Assembly (NCBI RefSeq): GCF_006345805.1
Contig: NC_043004.1
Location: 6,572,001 to 6,636,000, forward strand
DNA length: 64,000 bases
Reading direction: 5' to 3'
DNA from: Octopus sinensis
Lineage: Eukaryota
The notes beneath the pieces are model-generated. The model was not told where the DNA came from and did not search any database. It saw nothing but the letters and a program-made list of their open reading frames with translations. Positions 22,944-36,590 of this stretch are shown here, piece by piece (position 1 is the stretch's first letter; every line of letters begins with the position of its first letter). A program made the translations under genes and the position numbers.

Positions 22944-25938
22944 TATATAAAGATATATAAAGATTTCTAACATTTGGCACAGATATACAGCCTTAAGAAG
23001 CAATCAATTCAATAAACCTAGTATTGAACTGTTTCTATTTTATTGATGACACTGGATGAAAGGAAAAGTGATCTTCAGTGAAATTTGAACCTACACATCG
23101 ATGTATTGCATTTTCTGGTATACAGGTTCATAATAGGTAGTGTAAATATTCAAACACCATCATTATCTTTTCAAATCTTGCTGCATTTCATGTGGAATTT
23201 TTGGTCCTCCAAAATAGTCTTGGTGTAGAAGTCAGCCTATCTTTCCTTGGCTGTAAATTTTGGTCTGAAAAATTCAACTTGTATTCCAGAAAATATGGGA
23301 GGTGAATATTGGTTTCACATTTTGGCACAAGGCCAGCAATTCAGCAATTTCAGGGGATGAAATAAGTCAATTACATTGACCCCACAGTACACAACTGGTA
23401 CTTATTTTATCAACTGCAAAAGGATGAAAAGCAAAGTTGATTTCAGCAGAATTTGAACCAAGAACATAAGATAGCTGTAATGGTGCTTAACATTTTACCT
23501 ATTTATAGTAAAGATTTTGCCAGCACATCACCTTGTGGTAGGTGAATATTGTCAGGTATTTTAATTCTCAACTTTTATTGTATTTACTATTCACCTTTCC
23601 CCAGTAATTTACTGAACGAAGCAATTACTTCATGGAAGATATTAACTCAAAAGTTAGGTTGTTTATCAGGTTATTGAAGTAAAATAATTGATCAAGTTAT
23701 TGAGGCTTACTAAAGGATGTAACTAACCTACTAGCACCATGTCAGGTACCACGAGTATTCCAGTTGATCCAATCAACAGAACAGTGTGCTTGTAAAATTA
23801 ACATGCAATTTGGTTGAGCACTCACAGACACGTGTACTCTTAACATCCCCCTCCTCATCATCATCGTTTAACATCCGTTTTCCAAGCTGGCCTGGGTTGG
23901 ACGGTTTGACTGAGGTCTGGAGAGCCAGCAGCAGCACCAGGCTCCAATCTGATCTGGCAATGTTTCTACAGCTGGATGCTCTTCCTAATGCCAACCACTC
24001 CGAGAGTGTAGTGGATGCTTTTTACGTGCCACTGACACAGGAGCCAGCCAGGCGGCCCTGGCATCGATCAAGTTCAGATAGTGATTTTTACATGCTACTG
24101 GCACTTGGGCCAGTCAGGGGTACTGGCATTGGCCATGTCCGGTTGGTGCTTTTTACATGCTATCGGCACAGGAGCCAGTCAAGTAGACCTGGCATCGACC
24201 ATGTTCAGATGGTGCTTTTTAGGAGTCACCAGCATGGGAGCCAGTCAGGGGTCACTGGCCACAGCTACGATATTGGTTTTATTTGATTCAACAGGTCTTC
24301 TCAAGCATATTATATCACCTGATGCATCAGGGGTATTCTTAACAGGGCTGGACATGCATAGCTGCGATCTCACTTTAGTTGCTGGCTCTTCTCAAACACA
24401 GCATATCTCCAAAGTCTTGAACATAGTTCACAAAGAAATTCAATGTGACACAGACTGTGACAAGTCTGGCCCTTTGAAATACAGGAACTTCTCATTTTTG
24501 CCAGCTGAGTGAACTGTTCCAGTCAATCCATTCAATGGAACAGCTTGCTTGTAAAATTAACATACAAGTGGCTGAGCACTCCACAGACATGTGTATCCTT
24601 AATGTAGTTTTCAGGGAGATTTAGCATGATATGGAATATAACAAGGCTGGCCGTTTGAAGAAAAGATAGTTATTCATATTTGCCTGTTGAGTAGAACAGG
24701 AAAAATGTGAAATAAAGTGTCTTGCTCAAGGACACAACACCCTGCTGGCTATTGAACTCATAACCTTATGATTGTGAGTTGAATACCCTGACTGCTGAGC
24801 CATGCATTTTCACTAACTAAACCTCTGTTACTTTTTATGTCACATCCTGAAGAAAACAATCAATTTAATAAACTCTAGTATAAGACTGGAGCTAATTTAT
24901 TGACGCTGGACAAATGAAAGGTAAAGTGAACCTTAGTAAAATTTGAACTCAATAAACTGATGTTACAGTCTAATATCAGGTATTTAATCCATAACTCTTA
25001 ACGATTTTGCTAAGTCATCATCCCTCAGTAATTTGCCAAACAAAGCAATTATTTCATGTAGTATATTGACTCGAAAGTAAGGCTGTCGATCAGGTTACTG
25101 AGGGTTACTAAAGGATGGAAGGAAGGTACTTTTCCTTTGTAAGAGCTGGAGCAGAAGCAGCTGTTTACTTCCTTTGTCGCCTCCCTCCATATATTAATGT
25201 CAATTCAAGAATACTCCCTCCCACTTCAATTTCGACATGCTTCAGTAATCAAAAAGTTAAGTTAACAGCTGTTACATGCTTTGAAAGACACATAGCTGTT
25301 AATGGCTCATAAGGCATAGCTTAACTCAGTTTAAATCTTTCGATGAACATCATTTGAGGAATAATAAGTTAATTCAGACTACCTGATCTCTAGACATGCT
25401 ATGGGAAGACAAAAGATTTCGGTTGTTGGACACAGTGTGAGACAACTGTTGTTATCGTTAGGCCTAACTCATTGTAAAGTCAATACCACCATGACCGGTA
25501 TCCAAACTATAATGGAGAAGGCTAACCACTGGATTTGGTTAAAAAGAGACGATGAGCAATGGCTAGAGAAATAGTGAGCTTTATTTAACAACCAGTTGAT
25601 CTAGCAAGCGGGGCCTCATATCAATGAGTGGGGGGCTGGTTTGTATTGATGTCATCAAGAGGTAGGCCTCGAAACGGCGCGCATTCTCTCCTGATGTCTC
25701 CATACACTTGCTGGCTTCTGGTATGCGGAGTTCTTGACTGGTAGCACTTGCATGTGCAAGCTGTTTGCAAGGCACCAATAATCCGAAAGATTTTAGGGAC
25801 TCGTCAGTGTATTATATCTTTTTTGAGTTGCTTTGCTGGAGTCACCCATCATTGCCTGAAATTGTGTAGTATTTATACAGCGGAGAACATCTTTAAAAAC
25901 AATTGTACTACTACTACTACTACTACTAACTACTACTG

Positions 25939-25969
<31 letters not shown>

Positions 25970-27039
25970 AACAAATAAAACTAATAATAATGATAGTTTC
26001 AAATTTTGGCAAATGGCCAGCAGTTTTTGAAGTGGTGTGATCCCAGTACTTGACTGGTAGTTATTTTATCAACTCTGAAAAAATGAAAAGCAAAGTCAAA
26101 TTTGGTAGAATTCCAACTCAGAATGTAAAAACGAATGAAATGCTGCTATTATTATTTATTTATTGTTTATTTCCCTATTTTCTATTTTTATATCCTTTAG
26201 TGTGGTAGTGTCTCCCTTTGGTTGATGTAAACCCCACCTGTTTTGTTTTTGTGTGTTGTAACTCATCCTTTGATATTGTCCTCTATGAATCGGGGCCTTG
26301 CGGTCAATAAAAAAAATGGGTATTACCTCCGCCTTCGTGAAGATGGAAGTATTGTTTTCAGTCATGTTTGTTTGTCCATGGACAAGATATCTCAAGAACT
26401 GCTGGATGGATTCAGATGAAACTTTCAGGGATGTTTGGCTTCAAGATTGGCATGAACTGATTAGATTTTAGGATTGATCCAGTATTGGACAAGGATTCTG
26501 GATTGTTATATTTACTTTACATGAAATATTATGATCTTATGTTGACTTTCAAGTCTTTCTCTGATCATCTCCCTTGAAAGCATGCTGATGGTTTCCATGT
26601 AAGTTATGGTGGCATTGCTGTTTCCAAAGTTTTATTTTTATTTCTCTATTATTAATTTTACTCGTGTCTCTATCTTAGTATAAACTGATGGATAAAGAAA
26701 TCAAACTACATAAGCAAACGGCAGCAAAACCGTTCAGAAATTAAATAACACTAACATATTCAGTAACAATAATAAATTTAATTCATCCTCGACAATTTTT
26801 AGATTTACCAATTTTGAATATATTGCTCCTGTTTAAAATCTCTTACCTACTTGACAATTGCATTTCTAGCTCTGCCTTGAAGGAAGTTTTACTTCTTGGA
26901 CTCACGTTTTTGTGCTCAACGATGTTGTTAAACCTACAGCAGCGTATGCAGGTCCTTTCCATTTTCTTTCACACATGGATACATTTTTCACTATAGACCT
27001 TAATGGTCGTAAAGATGATATATCAGTGGATGGACTAAA

Positions 27040-27415
27040 AAAGGCCTTCATAGAGAAAGAAACACTGCCTGCCCTTCCTGACTGAAGGGAGGTGCTTGGG
27101 TGATCTTCATTATGGACTCAGTTGATAGCCAGATCTATCCTACATGTGACAGCAGGTGTTCAACACAAACCTACACGTCAGCAATGCTTGGGCACCAGAT
27201 GAGAGCATGCAGAACAGTCTCATTGCTCTGCACACACCTCAGGCAAGCCCGGTTGATGGCACTTGCATACCTGTACAGTTTATCCTAATCTAGCAATGCT
27301 CCCTGGTAGCACTGCCAGGTTAGGAATTTCAGGAAATTATCCATGGGCCCTGGCCCGAAAGTCCTCTGGAACAGACTAGCAAACTCATTCTCATTGACAT
27401 CCAGAGTCTCCCCAA
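27040..27415 (-). mobile_element. L1/Tx1-clade LINE 3' remnant (CCHC zinc-finger region)
   Basis: Interrupted translation LFQRTFGPGPMDNFLKFLTWQCYQGAL...ACLRCVQSNETVLHALIWCPSI contains a CX2C-X8-HX4C knuckle. Confidence 0.7.
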
Positions 27416-27435
27416 GAATATTGTCACACAATAAT

Positions 27436-27477
<42 letters not shown>

Positions 27478-27535
27478 TTTCTTTCCTTTGCCACCAGGGC
27501 GAAGGATGAGGGTGACAAACAACAACATCAATAAT

Positions 27536-27700
27536 AGATGGATAGAAGAAATAAGCATAAAACCTAGATTAGTGCAGCTCCAGACATTGATATTATTAGG
27601 GACAGGTAGGATACTTAAGGAAGGTTCCTGGTATCTAAGGTTACTTATTGTGACTTGATGTTAGGAATTTTTTCCAACAGTCTAGTGTAAATAATAATCA
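27536..27700 (+). mobile_element. 3' tip of an R4/Dong-like (REL-endonuclease) LINE beside a (TAA)n tract
   Basis: RWIEEISIKPRLVQLQTLILLGTGRIL, then after a one-base frameshift RKVPGI*. This matches the LLGTARILRKVL C-terminal signature of R4/NeSL-type elements. Confidence 0.65.
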
Positions 27701-28117
27701 TGATGATGATGATGATAATGATGGTGGTGGTGGTGATGATGATGATGATGATGATGATGAATAAGATTACTATTATTAACACCATCTTTGCCATCATTTC
27801 ATTTAATATCAATTTTCTATGCTTGCCTAGCAAAGAAGTGTATGTGCTTAGAATTATTGACTGCTGTGTGTCACCTTTACAAATGAGTGTTAAAATTGGG
27901 TACTATTAAAACTGGGTACCACACAGCTAAGCTATTCCCTACAGCTTTAGAATAAGTGTGTTAAAAGCATGTATTGAAGCTATCTGCCACAGCTGTTTCA
28001 TTTTGTCCCTAGGCAAGAATGCAACTTTACTTGAATGCCTAAATAGAAATCATTATAGTTGCCATTATGAGAAAATTGGATTGATTAGTGGTTTACAGTG
28101 AAAAGCTTAATGGAGAG

Positions 28118-28126
28118 AGTGAGGAG

Positions 28127-28182
<56 letters not shown>

Positions 28183-28242
28183 TATATGTCATCATCATCG
28201 TTTAATGTCTGTTTTCCATGCTGGCATACATATATACATACA

Positions 28243-28313
<71 letters not shown>

Positions 28314-28338
28314 ATGAGTATATATATATGTATAATAT

Positions 28339-28395
<57 letters not shown>

Positions 28396-28412
28396 ATGAG
28401 TATATATATATG

Positions 28413-28453
<41 letters not shown>

Positions 28454-28569
28454 TATGTGTGTGTATATGTATGTATATATATATATGTATATATATGTAT
28501 ATGTATGTATATATATATATATATGTATAAATATATATATATGTATACATGTATGTATATGTATGCATG

Positions 28570-28600
<31 letters not shown>

Positions 28601-28660
28601 GTGTATATGTATGTATATATATATATAGAGAGAGAGAGAGAGACAGACAGACAGATAGAG
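28118..28660. repeat. Compound microsatellite (GA)n/(TA)n/(TATG)n/(TG)n with an internal duplication of about 70 bp
   Basis: Read directly; it explains the long Y/I/H-rich spurious ORFs here. Confidence 0.95.
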
Positions 28661-29354
28661 AAGGAAGGAGGAAGAAAGAAAAGGAGAGATAGAGACGGAG
28701 TGAGAAAGAAAGACGAGAGATAGAGAGGAAAAGATATAGAAAGAGTGAGATAGAGAAATAGAGATAGAAAGAATGAGATAGACATAAGGAAAGAAAGAGA
28801 AGGGGAGAGAGAATGATGGAGAGAGAGAGGAAGACAAACAGACAGACAGACTGGTGACAAGAAACGGAAAAAAATATGCACAAGCACTAATGCTAAATAA
28901 TCTATATATTATGAGCAATAAATAGACATGAAAATATAGAAATTATGGAAAATATACATATACAGTGATATTCAAAAAAGCAAAACCCCAGCATCTTTAG
29001 ACCAAACAATACTGTCTAATCAAAGAGAATCCCAAAGTTTCAAGCTATATAAAAAAAGAAAAAAAATATTATGAAGAACACAAAGACAAAACAAGCTTTC
29101 AAAAAAGAGTCAACAAAAATCTTGTATAAATTTCCATTTCGTTCGAGGTTTATAAACAACTCCACAACCACCACCAACATGATGACGACGACGACCACCA
29201 CCACCCCCACCACTACCAACAACCATGATGATGACCTCCATCACCAACACCACGACTACCACAACCACTGCCGCCACCACCGATACCACCAAGATGACTA
29301 CCATGATGACGATGACCACAACTACAACCTCCAATATTTCCCTCTAGTGCATAC

Positions 29355-29398
<44 letters not shown>

Positions 29399-29400
<2 letters not shown>

Positions 29401-29785
29401 TAGCAGTATCGCCTGGCATTGCTCGGGTTTGTTTTGACCCTTTAGAATTGGAATTTTCGAAAAGTAAAAAATTTGCATTATTTAGCTTGTTATTCTCTTT
29501 AAGTGAACATTTTTCTGGTTGAAATACACCAAAAAATGGCAACACAGCAGTAAAAAAATCGTAAAAAATAGGGATTTTCATAGAAAAAAAGCACCGTTTT
29601 GATGTTAATAATTTTTGATGCTAACATGGTCCGATTTGAATTTTTTCTTCTAGGGAAGGAAGAGCAAGCCTTCTTCTATCATACTCTCAATTTTGGTCAA
29701 CTTGCGCTGCAGGGTCTCGGAGAAGATAGTGTTAGTTGAAGGCTACCAAACCTGCCATACAGACAACTTCAGCTTCATATATATA
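29399..29785. mobile_element. Helitron/Helentron-like non-autonomous element
   Basis: actagcagtatcgcctggcattgctcggg terminus and cagacaacttcagcttcatatata end, with microsatellites on both sides. Confidence 0.5.
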
Positions 29786-29804
29786 TATATATATATATGT
29801 ATAT

Positions 29805-30090
29805 GTACTTTTTTTTGCAGTTATTCTTTTATTTGACTGTGGCCATGCTGGAGCACTACCTTTAGTCAAACAAATCGACCCCAGGACTTATTCTTTGTAA
29901 GACTAGTACTTATCCAATCGGTCTCTTGCTGAATCGCTAAGTTACGGGGATGTAAACACACCAACAGCTTTGGTTGGCCTGAGGCTATAGTAGAAGACAC
30001 TTATCCAAGGTGCTATGTAGTGGGACTGAACCCAGAACCAGGTGGTTGGGAAGCGAGCTACTTACCACACAGCCACTCCTGCGCCTATAC
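29805..30090 (-). mobile_element. SINE, antisense copy
   Basis: Reverse complement of the same head (…ccacacagccactcctgcgcc) and tail. Confidence 0.8.
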
Positions 30091-30784
30091 TTATCTATTG
30101 TTGTTGTTTAATTACTAATATCAATATGAATTACTGTTCAAAGAGAAAGTCATAAATGCCAGCTGGTTCTTAGTTTAATGAGTCAATTTTTATTAGTTTA
30201 TCTTTATTTGGGAATTATCTTTCAACTATCTACTCCTTGACTACGATCTATTTTATTTGGGTGCAAGGAAGATCTTTTTTTTAAGGGTTGGGAGTAAAGT
30301 TTTGATCAACCATTATTACTTAAAATTTTGAAAAATCCCATGACAGCATGGATAACAGACATTAAATGATAATGTTGTTGATGATGATGATATGGATGCA
30401 TGGTTATGAAGGTTCAGCCTCTCAAAGTCAACCAAACATCCCCACCCGAAATAATTGAAAGAAAATTGAATAGTAAGTCTATGTGTTTCACTTGTTTCAG
30501 TCATTGGACTACGATCATTCTGGGGCTCCACCTTGAAAGGTTTAGTTGAACAAATTGACCCCAAAACTTATTTTCTAAGCCTGGTACTTATTCTGTCAGT
30601 CTCTTTTGCCAATCTCCTAAGTCATAGGGATGTAAACGAACAGTTGTACAAAGACACATATGTGCATACAGACATTATACATATTGTTACTCTCTCTTAT
30701 ATATATATGCATATGCATATATATATATATGCATATGCATATATATATATATATGTATATCATCATCACCATCATCGTTTAACA

Positions 30785-31095
30785 TCCGCAGTCTACCTTT
30801 TACTCTGAGCGAGAGGCCCTTTGTCACCAGCAGAGGTAAGAGCTCTCTGAACTTTGCCCAAGCTATTCTTATTCTAGCAGCTTCACTTTCAGAGCACCCT
30901 TCCCCGCTACTGACTTGGTCACCTAGGTAACGGAAGCTATCAACTACTTCTAGTTTTTCTCCCTGGAATGTGGCGGAAGTTGTTCTCTGCGCATTTTCAG
31001 TGTTTATTGCTCCTGAGCATCTGCCACATACAAAAACTATCTTTCCAGTTAGCCTTCCTTTGTTATTACTGCACCTCTTATGTGTCCATAGCTTA
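30785..31095 (-). mobile_element. LINE RT C-terminal fragment (RTE-like)
   Basis: LEVVDSFRYLGDQVSSGEGCSESEAARIRIAWAKFRELLPLLVTKGLSLRVKGRL. Confidence 0.85.
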
Positions 31096-31102
31096 AACTG
31101 AG

Positions 31103-31133
<31 letters not shown>

Positions 31134-33974
31134 TGCATTCTCTGCTGGTTGCATATCTGACTTTTTGGATACTCCATCTGCCCCACAGAAACAACTGTTC
31201 GGTTTGAAAAAACATGCTTTGCCCCCTTAGTTTTCTGTAATTTTTGTACTCCATGTAAATTTGTTCTGTAAATATATAAATATTTATATGCTCATATATG
31301 TCAAAGAATAGGCCCAACATTGTCCTCTGCATGTTGTAAAAGACGACTAAAAGAAGTTGAGGTATGTTTTGAACCCTGACCTTATAAAACCCTCACCAGC
31401 AACAACTACTCAAACAGAACCATGAGTTGGAAGGTTGTCACCCGAATGGTGTAGAGGTTTCATCCACCAGGAGTAGGAAGGAATCACCAACATGCTGTTA
31501 CAACACGTGCCTCCATACTACTACTACTACTACTACTATTTCTTCTTTCTGCCAAGTTCTCAAATTTCCTTTTCTTTTATCAAAATTCTTGACTCCACCC
31601 ATCCATAAAACATCAAATGTGATATTGATTAGAAAGCAGCTGTGCTACAATAACAATAAATGTAGCCTTGGTTGGTGTTAACCCTAATTGAGCAAATCTA
31701 CAGTCAAAAGCATTCCATTCATGACAGTTCCACCTTTGTATATCATCATCGTTTAATGTCTGCTTTCCATGAGGGCATGGGTTGGATGATTTGACTGAGG
31801 ACTGCTGAGCCAAATGGCTGCACCAGGCTCCAATCTGATCTGGTAGAGTTTCTACAACTGGATGCCCTTCCTAATGCCAACCTCTCTGAGAATGTAGTGT
31901 GTTGGCCATATCAGGCCTAAATATTCTACTGGTTTTATGCTCAAACCAATCAGATCCAACCTCTCACACCTATCTAATGATGTCATTCTAAAAAATAAGC
32001 AACCACATCATCAAAATCTCAAGGCTATGAGATAGTGCATGATTAAGACATTGTGAATAAAGAAGCATTATATTTGACTGAGTAATTTGAATGCTAAAAG
32101 ATGAAAGATTTGTAGGACATTATATTTAGGTCCATCATAAACCCAAGGGTTCATAAGGCTGGACTTTAATCTGGTTTCCATGGCATATAAGTGACGGAGA
32201 ATACAACTCCCTCCTGAGTGAGATGCTAGTCCATCACAGTGTTAACTTCCCAGCAATAGCTGGAACACATTTACAGCTGAACAGACTGCTGCAATGTGAA
32301 ATGAAGTGTTTTGCCTGGTACAGGAATTAAAACCATGATCTTGCGCTTGGGAGTGTAACACCTTAACCACTAGGCCAGTGGTTATCAACCAGGGTCCATA
32401 TAAGATTTTGTTATTAGAATTTATGTGCAATAAATTGGTTATACTTTGACAAAAGCATAACTGTCACAATTGAGGTCAATGAAAGAAATTTGGGTAATTT
32501 ATGAATTAAGGAAGCTATAATCATATACAGACTAGGGCCCCAAATTAACAACAGGCTGGAGGTTGGTAATTTAATTACCAACCTATCATTTGGCAACATC
32601 TGGATGCGTGTATGTTAATTTTTGATAACATGCTCATGTATTACTTAAAAAAAAGAAAAAAAAAAGAAAAAGGGAAGCTGCACATGTAACACATAACTTA
32701 GAAGCAGCGCTAAGGATTTGCTAGCACACACGAGATTGAGACATGGTTGACCTCATGCACTTCTCATGAGGAATTCCAGAAGGAGTTTCATAAGACCACT
32801 GCTGAGACGCTTCTGAAAAAACAAAGAAAAGCCATTGGCAAACCGATTATAACAGCGACTCTATCAATTCCTAGGGATATCTGAAGAAGGAATTTTATTC
32901 CGAAATATCATATCAGACTATGGATGATTAAATTAGAACAGTTCTTATAGTCCATTATTTGTATTATAGTGCATTGTTGTGTCATTCAAATATTTTATTC
33001 TTTACCAAATAAATTATTTTATAGAATTCCTAATAATATCTAATAATAAAGATATGAAGTTTTTTAAGCAACAAATGGTTATGAGGGTCCATCTGAATGA
33101 AACATGAACCAAGGGGGTCCATAGGAGAAAAGTGGTTGAGAACCATTACATATCATTGCGCTAGGCCTTAACTAGGGTATACTCATTTTCCACTTATTTA
33201 AGATGGCATATAAAAGAGGTAGAGTTGCTAAACAGCTATTGAGTCAAGTAGCCATGCATAGATGTCTTCACTGGTTTATATTTTAGGTTGTAAACATAGG
33301 CAAGGCTGTTTGTGGCTGGAATTTTGGGTTCATTCTACTGCATAGCACCATGGAGAAGTGTCTTCTGCTAAAGAGCTTGGGATAGACTAATTCCTTGGTT
33401 AAAACTGGAAGACAGAAATCGTATGGGAACCCATTGTTTATATACAGCTACCTTAATCATTTACGCATTTCAGTCATTGGACTGTGGCCATGCTGGGGCA
33501 CTACCTTGAAATCAATCCCAGAACTTATTTATTTTGTTAAGTCTGACACTTACTCTATCGGTCTCTTTTTGCCAAACTGCTTAGTTGTTGGGAGGTAAAC
33601 AAACCAACATCAACTGTCAAGCAGTAGTGATAGGGAAACAAACACAAAGAAACACTTGCATAAATATATATACGACAGGCTTCCACACAGTTTCCATCTG
33701 CCAAATCAACGAAATTCATTCATAAGGCATTGGTTGACCTTGAGTGCATGGAAATGAGTCAATGTAAATTCAATGACAAAATGAAACAATGGAAATCTCT
33801 AAAGATACAGGTTATTTCTAGGTTCTTTGTTAGAGTGGCTCGTACTGCTTTTGTTTAGCCCCAGGTCAATTGCTCTCAACCAGGATCCATATGACGTTTT
33901 AGGGTCCACGTTAGTAGTAAATTGGGGATCCACAATAATATTCTAAGGGTTTCTGAAAAAATTTTGCTTCTAAG

Positions 33975-34345
33975 GTGCAGGAGTGGCTGTATGGTAAGTA
34001 GCTTGCTCACCAACCACATGGTTCCGGGTTCAGTGCCATTGCGTGGCACCTTGGGCAAATGTCTTCTACTATAGCCTTGGGCCGACCAAAGCTTTGTGAG
34101 TGGATTTGGTAGACAGAAACTGAGAGAAGCCTGTCGTATATATGTGTGTGTGTGTTTGTCCCCCCAACATCGCTTGACAGCCGATGCTGGTGTGTTTACA
34201 TCCCCGTAACTTAGCGGTTTGGCAAAAGTGACTGAAAAATAAGTACTAGGCTTACAAAGAATAAGTCCTGGGGTTGATTTGCTCGACTAAAGGTGGTGCT
34301 CCAGCACGGCTGCAATCAAATGACTGAAACAAGTAAAAGACTAAG
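33975..34345 (+). mobile_element. Same SINE family, near full length
   Basis: High similarity to the 21145 and 36303 copies. Confidence 0.88.
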
Positions 34346-34631
34346 GTTTTTAATGCAAGAAACAGACAAGTTTCTTTCTCTCACATTTTACATAGCTCAA
34401 CATGTTTCTAGCAAGTGAAACACGTTCCCTCAGAGAGTGTTTATTGCAACCAACACAAATGAATGCATGAAAAGCAACAGGAATTTTCAAAGAAGTACCT
34501 ATAAAACTATTTATTAAACATTACTGTATTTGGGGATGGTCATGTTGCCAGTTTAGCCAATAAAAACACACACACACTATATATTTGGTGTTCATTTGCT
34601 TCAGCTTTATTTTATATTAATTGTATTTTGG

Positions 34632-34671
34632 CCAGAGTTCTTTTGTCACAGTTCTGTGACCTCAACAGTGG
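34632..34671 (-). ncRNA. Degenerate type I hammerhead-like motif, probably inactive
   Basis: CCA CUGUUGA G GUCACA-GAAC-UGUGAC AAAA G AA C UC^UGG. Stems I and II pair, but core A6 is U and G12 is A. Confidence 0.45.
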
Positions 34672-34792
34672 TCCTTTGCTTTCTTCTTTCTTTTTGTGTG
34701 TCTTTCCTTACAAATGATCAGCCATTTTGTATACAAAATGGCTGATCATTTGTAAGAAAAGACACACAAAAAAGAAAGAAGAAAGCAAAGGA
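34672..34792. repeat. Zero-spacer palindrome with 60/61-bp arms
   Basis: Centre is gta|tac at 34731/34732; the arms differ by one indel and one substitution. Confidence 0.95.
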
Positions 34793-36302
34793 TATTTATC
34801 AAACATCAAATGACAATAAATGCCCACTAGAATGAAATAGTAATCAAAGAGGTCCATAGGTAAAAAAAAATGGTTGTGAACTACTGCTCCAGGTCAATCA
34901 AGAAGGCTTGTGATCAACAACATTCCAGCTGAAGATATACTGTAAAGGAATGTAGGGCTATAATACCTAATTCATCCTTTCCTTATTTAAGATAGTTGTG
35001 TTATACGAAGGAGATTTAGCTGATATTGCTAGCATGATGAGTAATCATATAAAGGTTCATAGTTTTAGTTTGTATAAGGAGATAAATTACTTCTTCATTA
35101 AGGGAAAAGTAGTAGATAATTATGTAGGTATTAACATAATACTGTAATGAACGCCAGTGCTAATTAAATTATAACGAGCATTCCAATTGTAATCACCCCA
35201 CCTTTTTTTTTTTTTTTTTTCCAAAAAATAAAAATGATAGGATATGTTTCAGGAAGAATCAGCTGCTATTATTGGTAGGTCAGACAACTACATAGAGGCT
35301 CCCATGTTGACTTATGTGCTTAATAAAGAAGTTCTGTAGTTTCAGGAATTACCATTTCTGTTGGTGACAAGGAGTTTCTTGCTAGAAGACTATATACTTA
35401 CCCAAAGGATGCTACTACTTGGAGAGTCAAGTTTAAAGAATCATTGAATATGCAACGTGAAGTGATAGTTTGATTGTTAACATAAATGACCTCAAGGAAT
35501 GGATATTGTCATCATTTCTGATATTCTACTTTAGCCATCATCATTTTAATGTCCACATTTCCATGGTGCAGATGGAATTTGAAGCAGATTTTTTTATGAC
35601 GGGATGTCCTTCCTGTCACCAAGCCTCACCTGTTTCTAAACAAGACATATTTTTCACAGGAGCCTGCTTTACAAACACCACACGATATCAAGATATGTGG
35701 TGCACACTAACACATGCACATATATGAAGGGCTTCTTTCAGTTTCCATCAACCAAATTCACTCACAAGTCATTGATTGGACTGGAGTTTAATAGAAGACA
35801 GTTGCTCAAGGTGTCACACAGTAGGACTGAACCTAAGACCCAATGGTTGGGAAATAAACTTCTTAACCATAGTCACACCCGTGCCTGCCAGTGCTTCTAT
35901 TTTAATCAAATACACTCAAATAGAGGTACTTTATTGGACTGATGGCCTGTGCCAAACTAAGACTTGTTTAAAGGTGAGACATCTGAAAAACAATATGGAT
36001 TCAGAGGTTTTTTTTTAATTCAAAGATAGTCTTGTCCCACCATTCCAAAAAGCTGGTATGCAAATCACTGCTTTGATTCTATGGTTCTTCTTGCACTGGA
36101 TGAAATACAAACAGGTGACTTAATACTGTTGAATGGCAATGGCATTTGATGATCACTACAGCATACATGTAGGTACAACAAACTGATAAGCCAACAAAAG
36201 AGCCCCTAAATCAGTGGTTTTTTAACCATTTTTTTACCTGCAGAGTCCCTTTGATCCCTAATTTACTCTCATAGATGTTTGATGTTTAAAAAATCCTATT
36301 AT

Positions 36303-36590
36303 AGGCGTAGGAGTGGCTGTGTGGTAAGTAGCTTGCTTACCAACCACATGGTTCCGGGTTCAGTCCCACTGTGTGGCACCTTGGGCAAGTGTCTTCTACT
36401 ATAGCCTTGGGCCAACCAAAGCCTTGAGAGTGGATTTGGTAGATGGAAACTGAAAGAAGCCTGTCGTATATATGTATGTGTGTTTACGTCCCCGTAACTT
36501 AGCGGTTCGGCAAAAGAGACATAGAATAACTACTAGGCTTACAAAGAATAAGTTCTGGGGTCGATTTGCTTGACTAAAGGCAGTGCTCCA
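36303..36590 (+). mobile_element. Same SINE family
   Basis: ggcgtaggagtggctgtgtggtaagtagcttgcttaccaaccacatggttccgggttcagtccc head plus tail. Confidence 0.88.

Noticed and set aside
28088-28918. Long ORFs of 230-258 aa
   Set aside because: They are translations of (TA)n, (GA)n and (TATG)n microsatellites.
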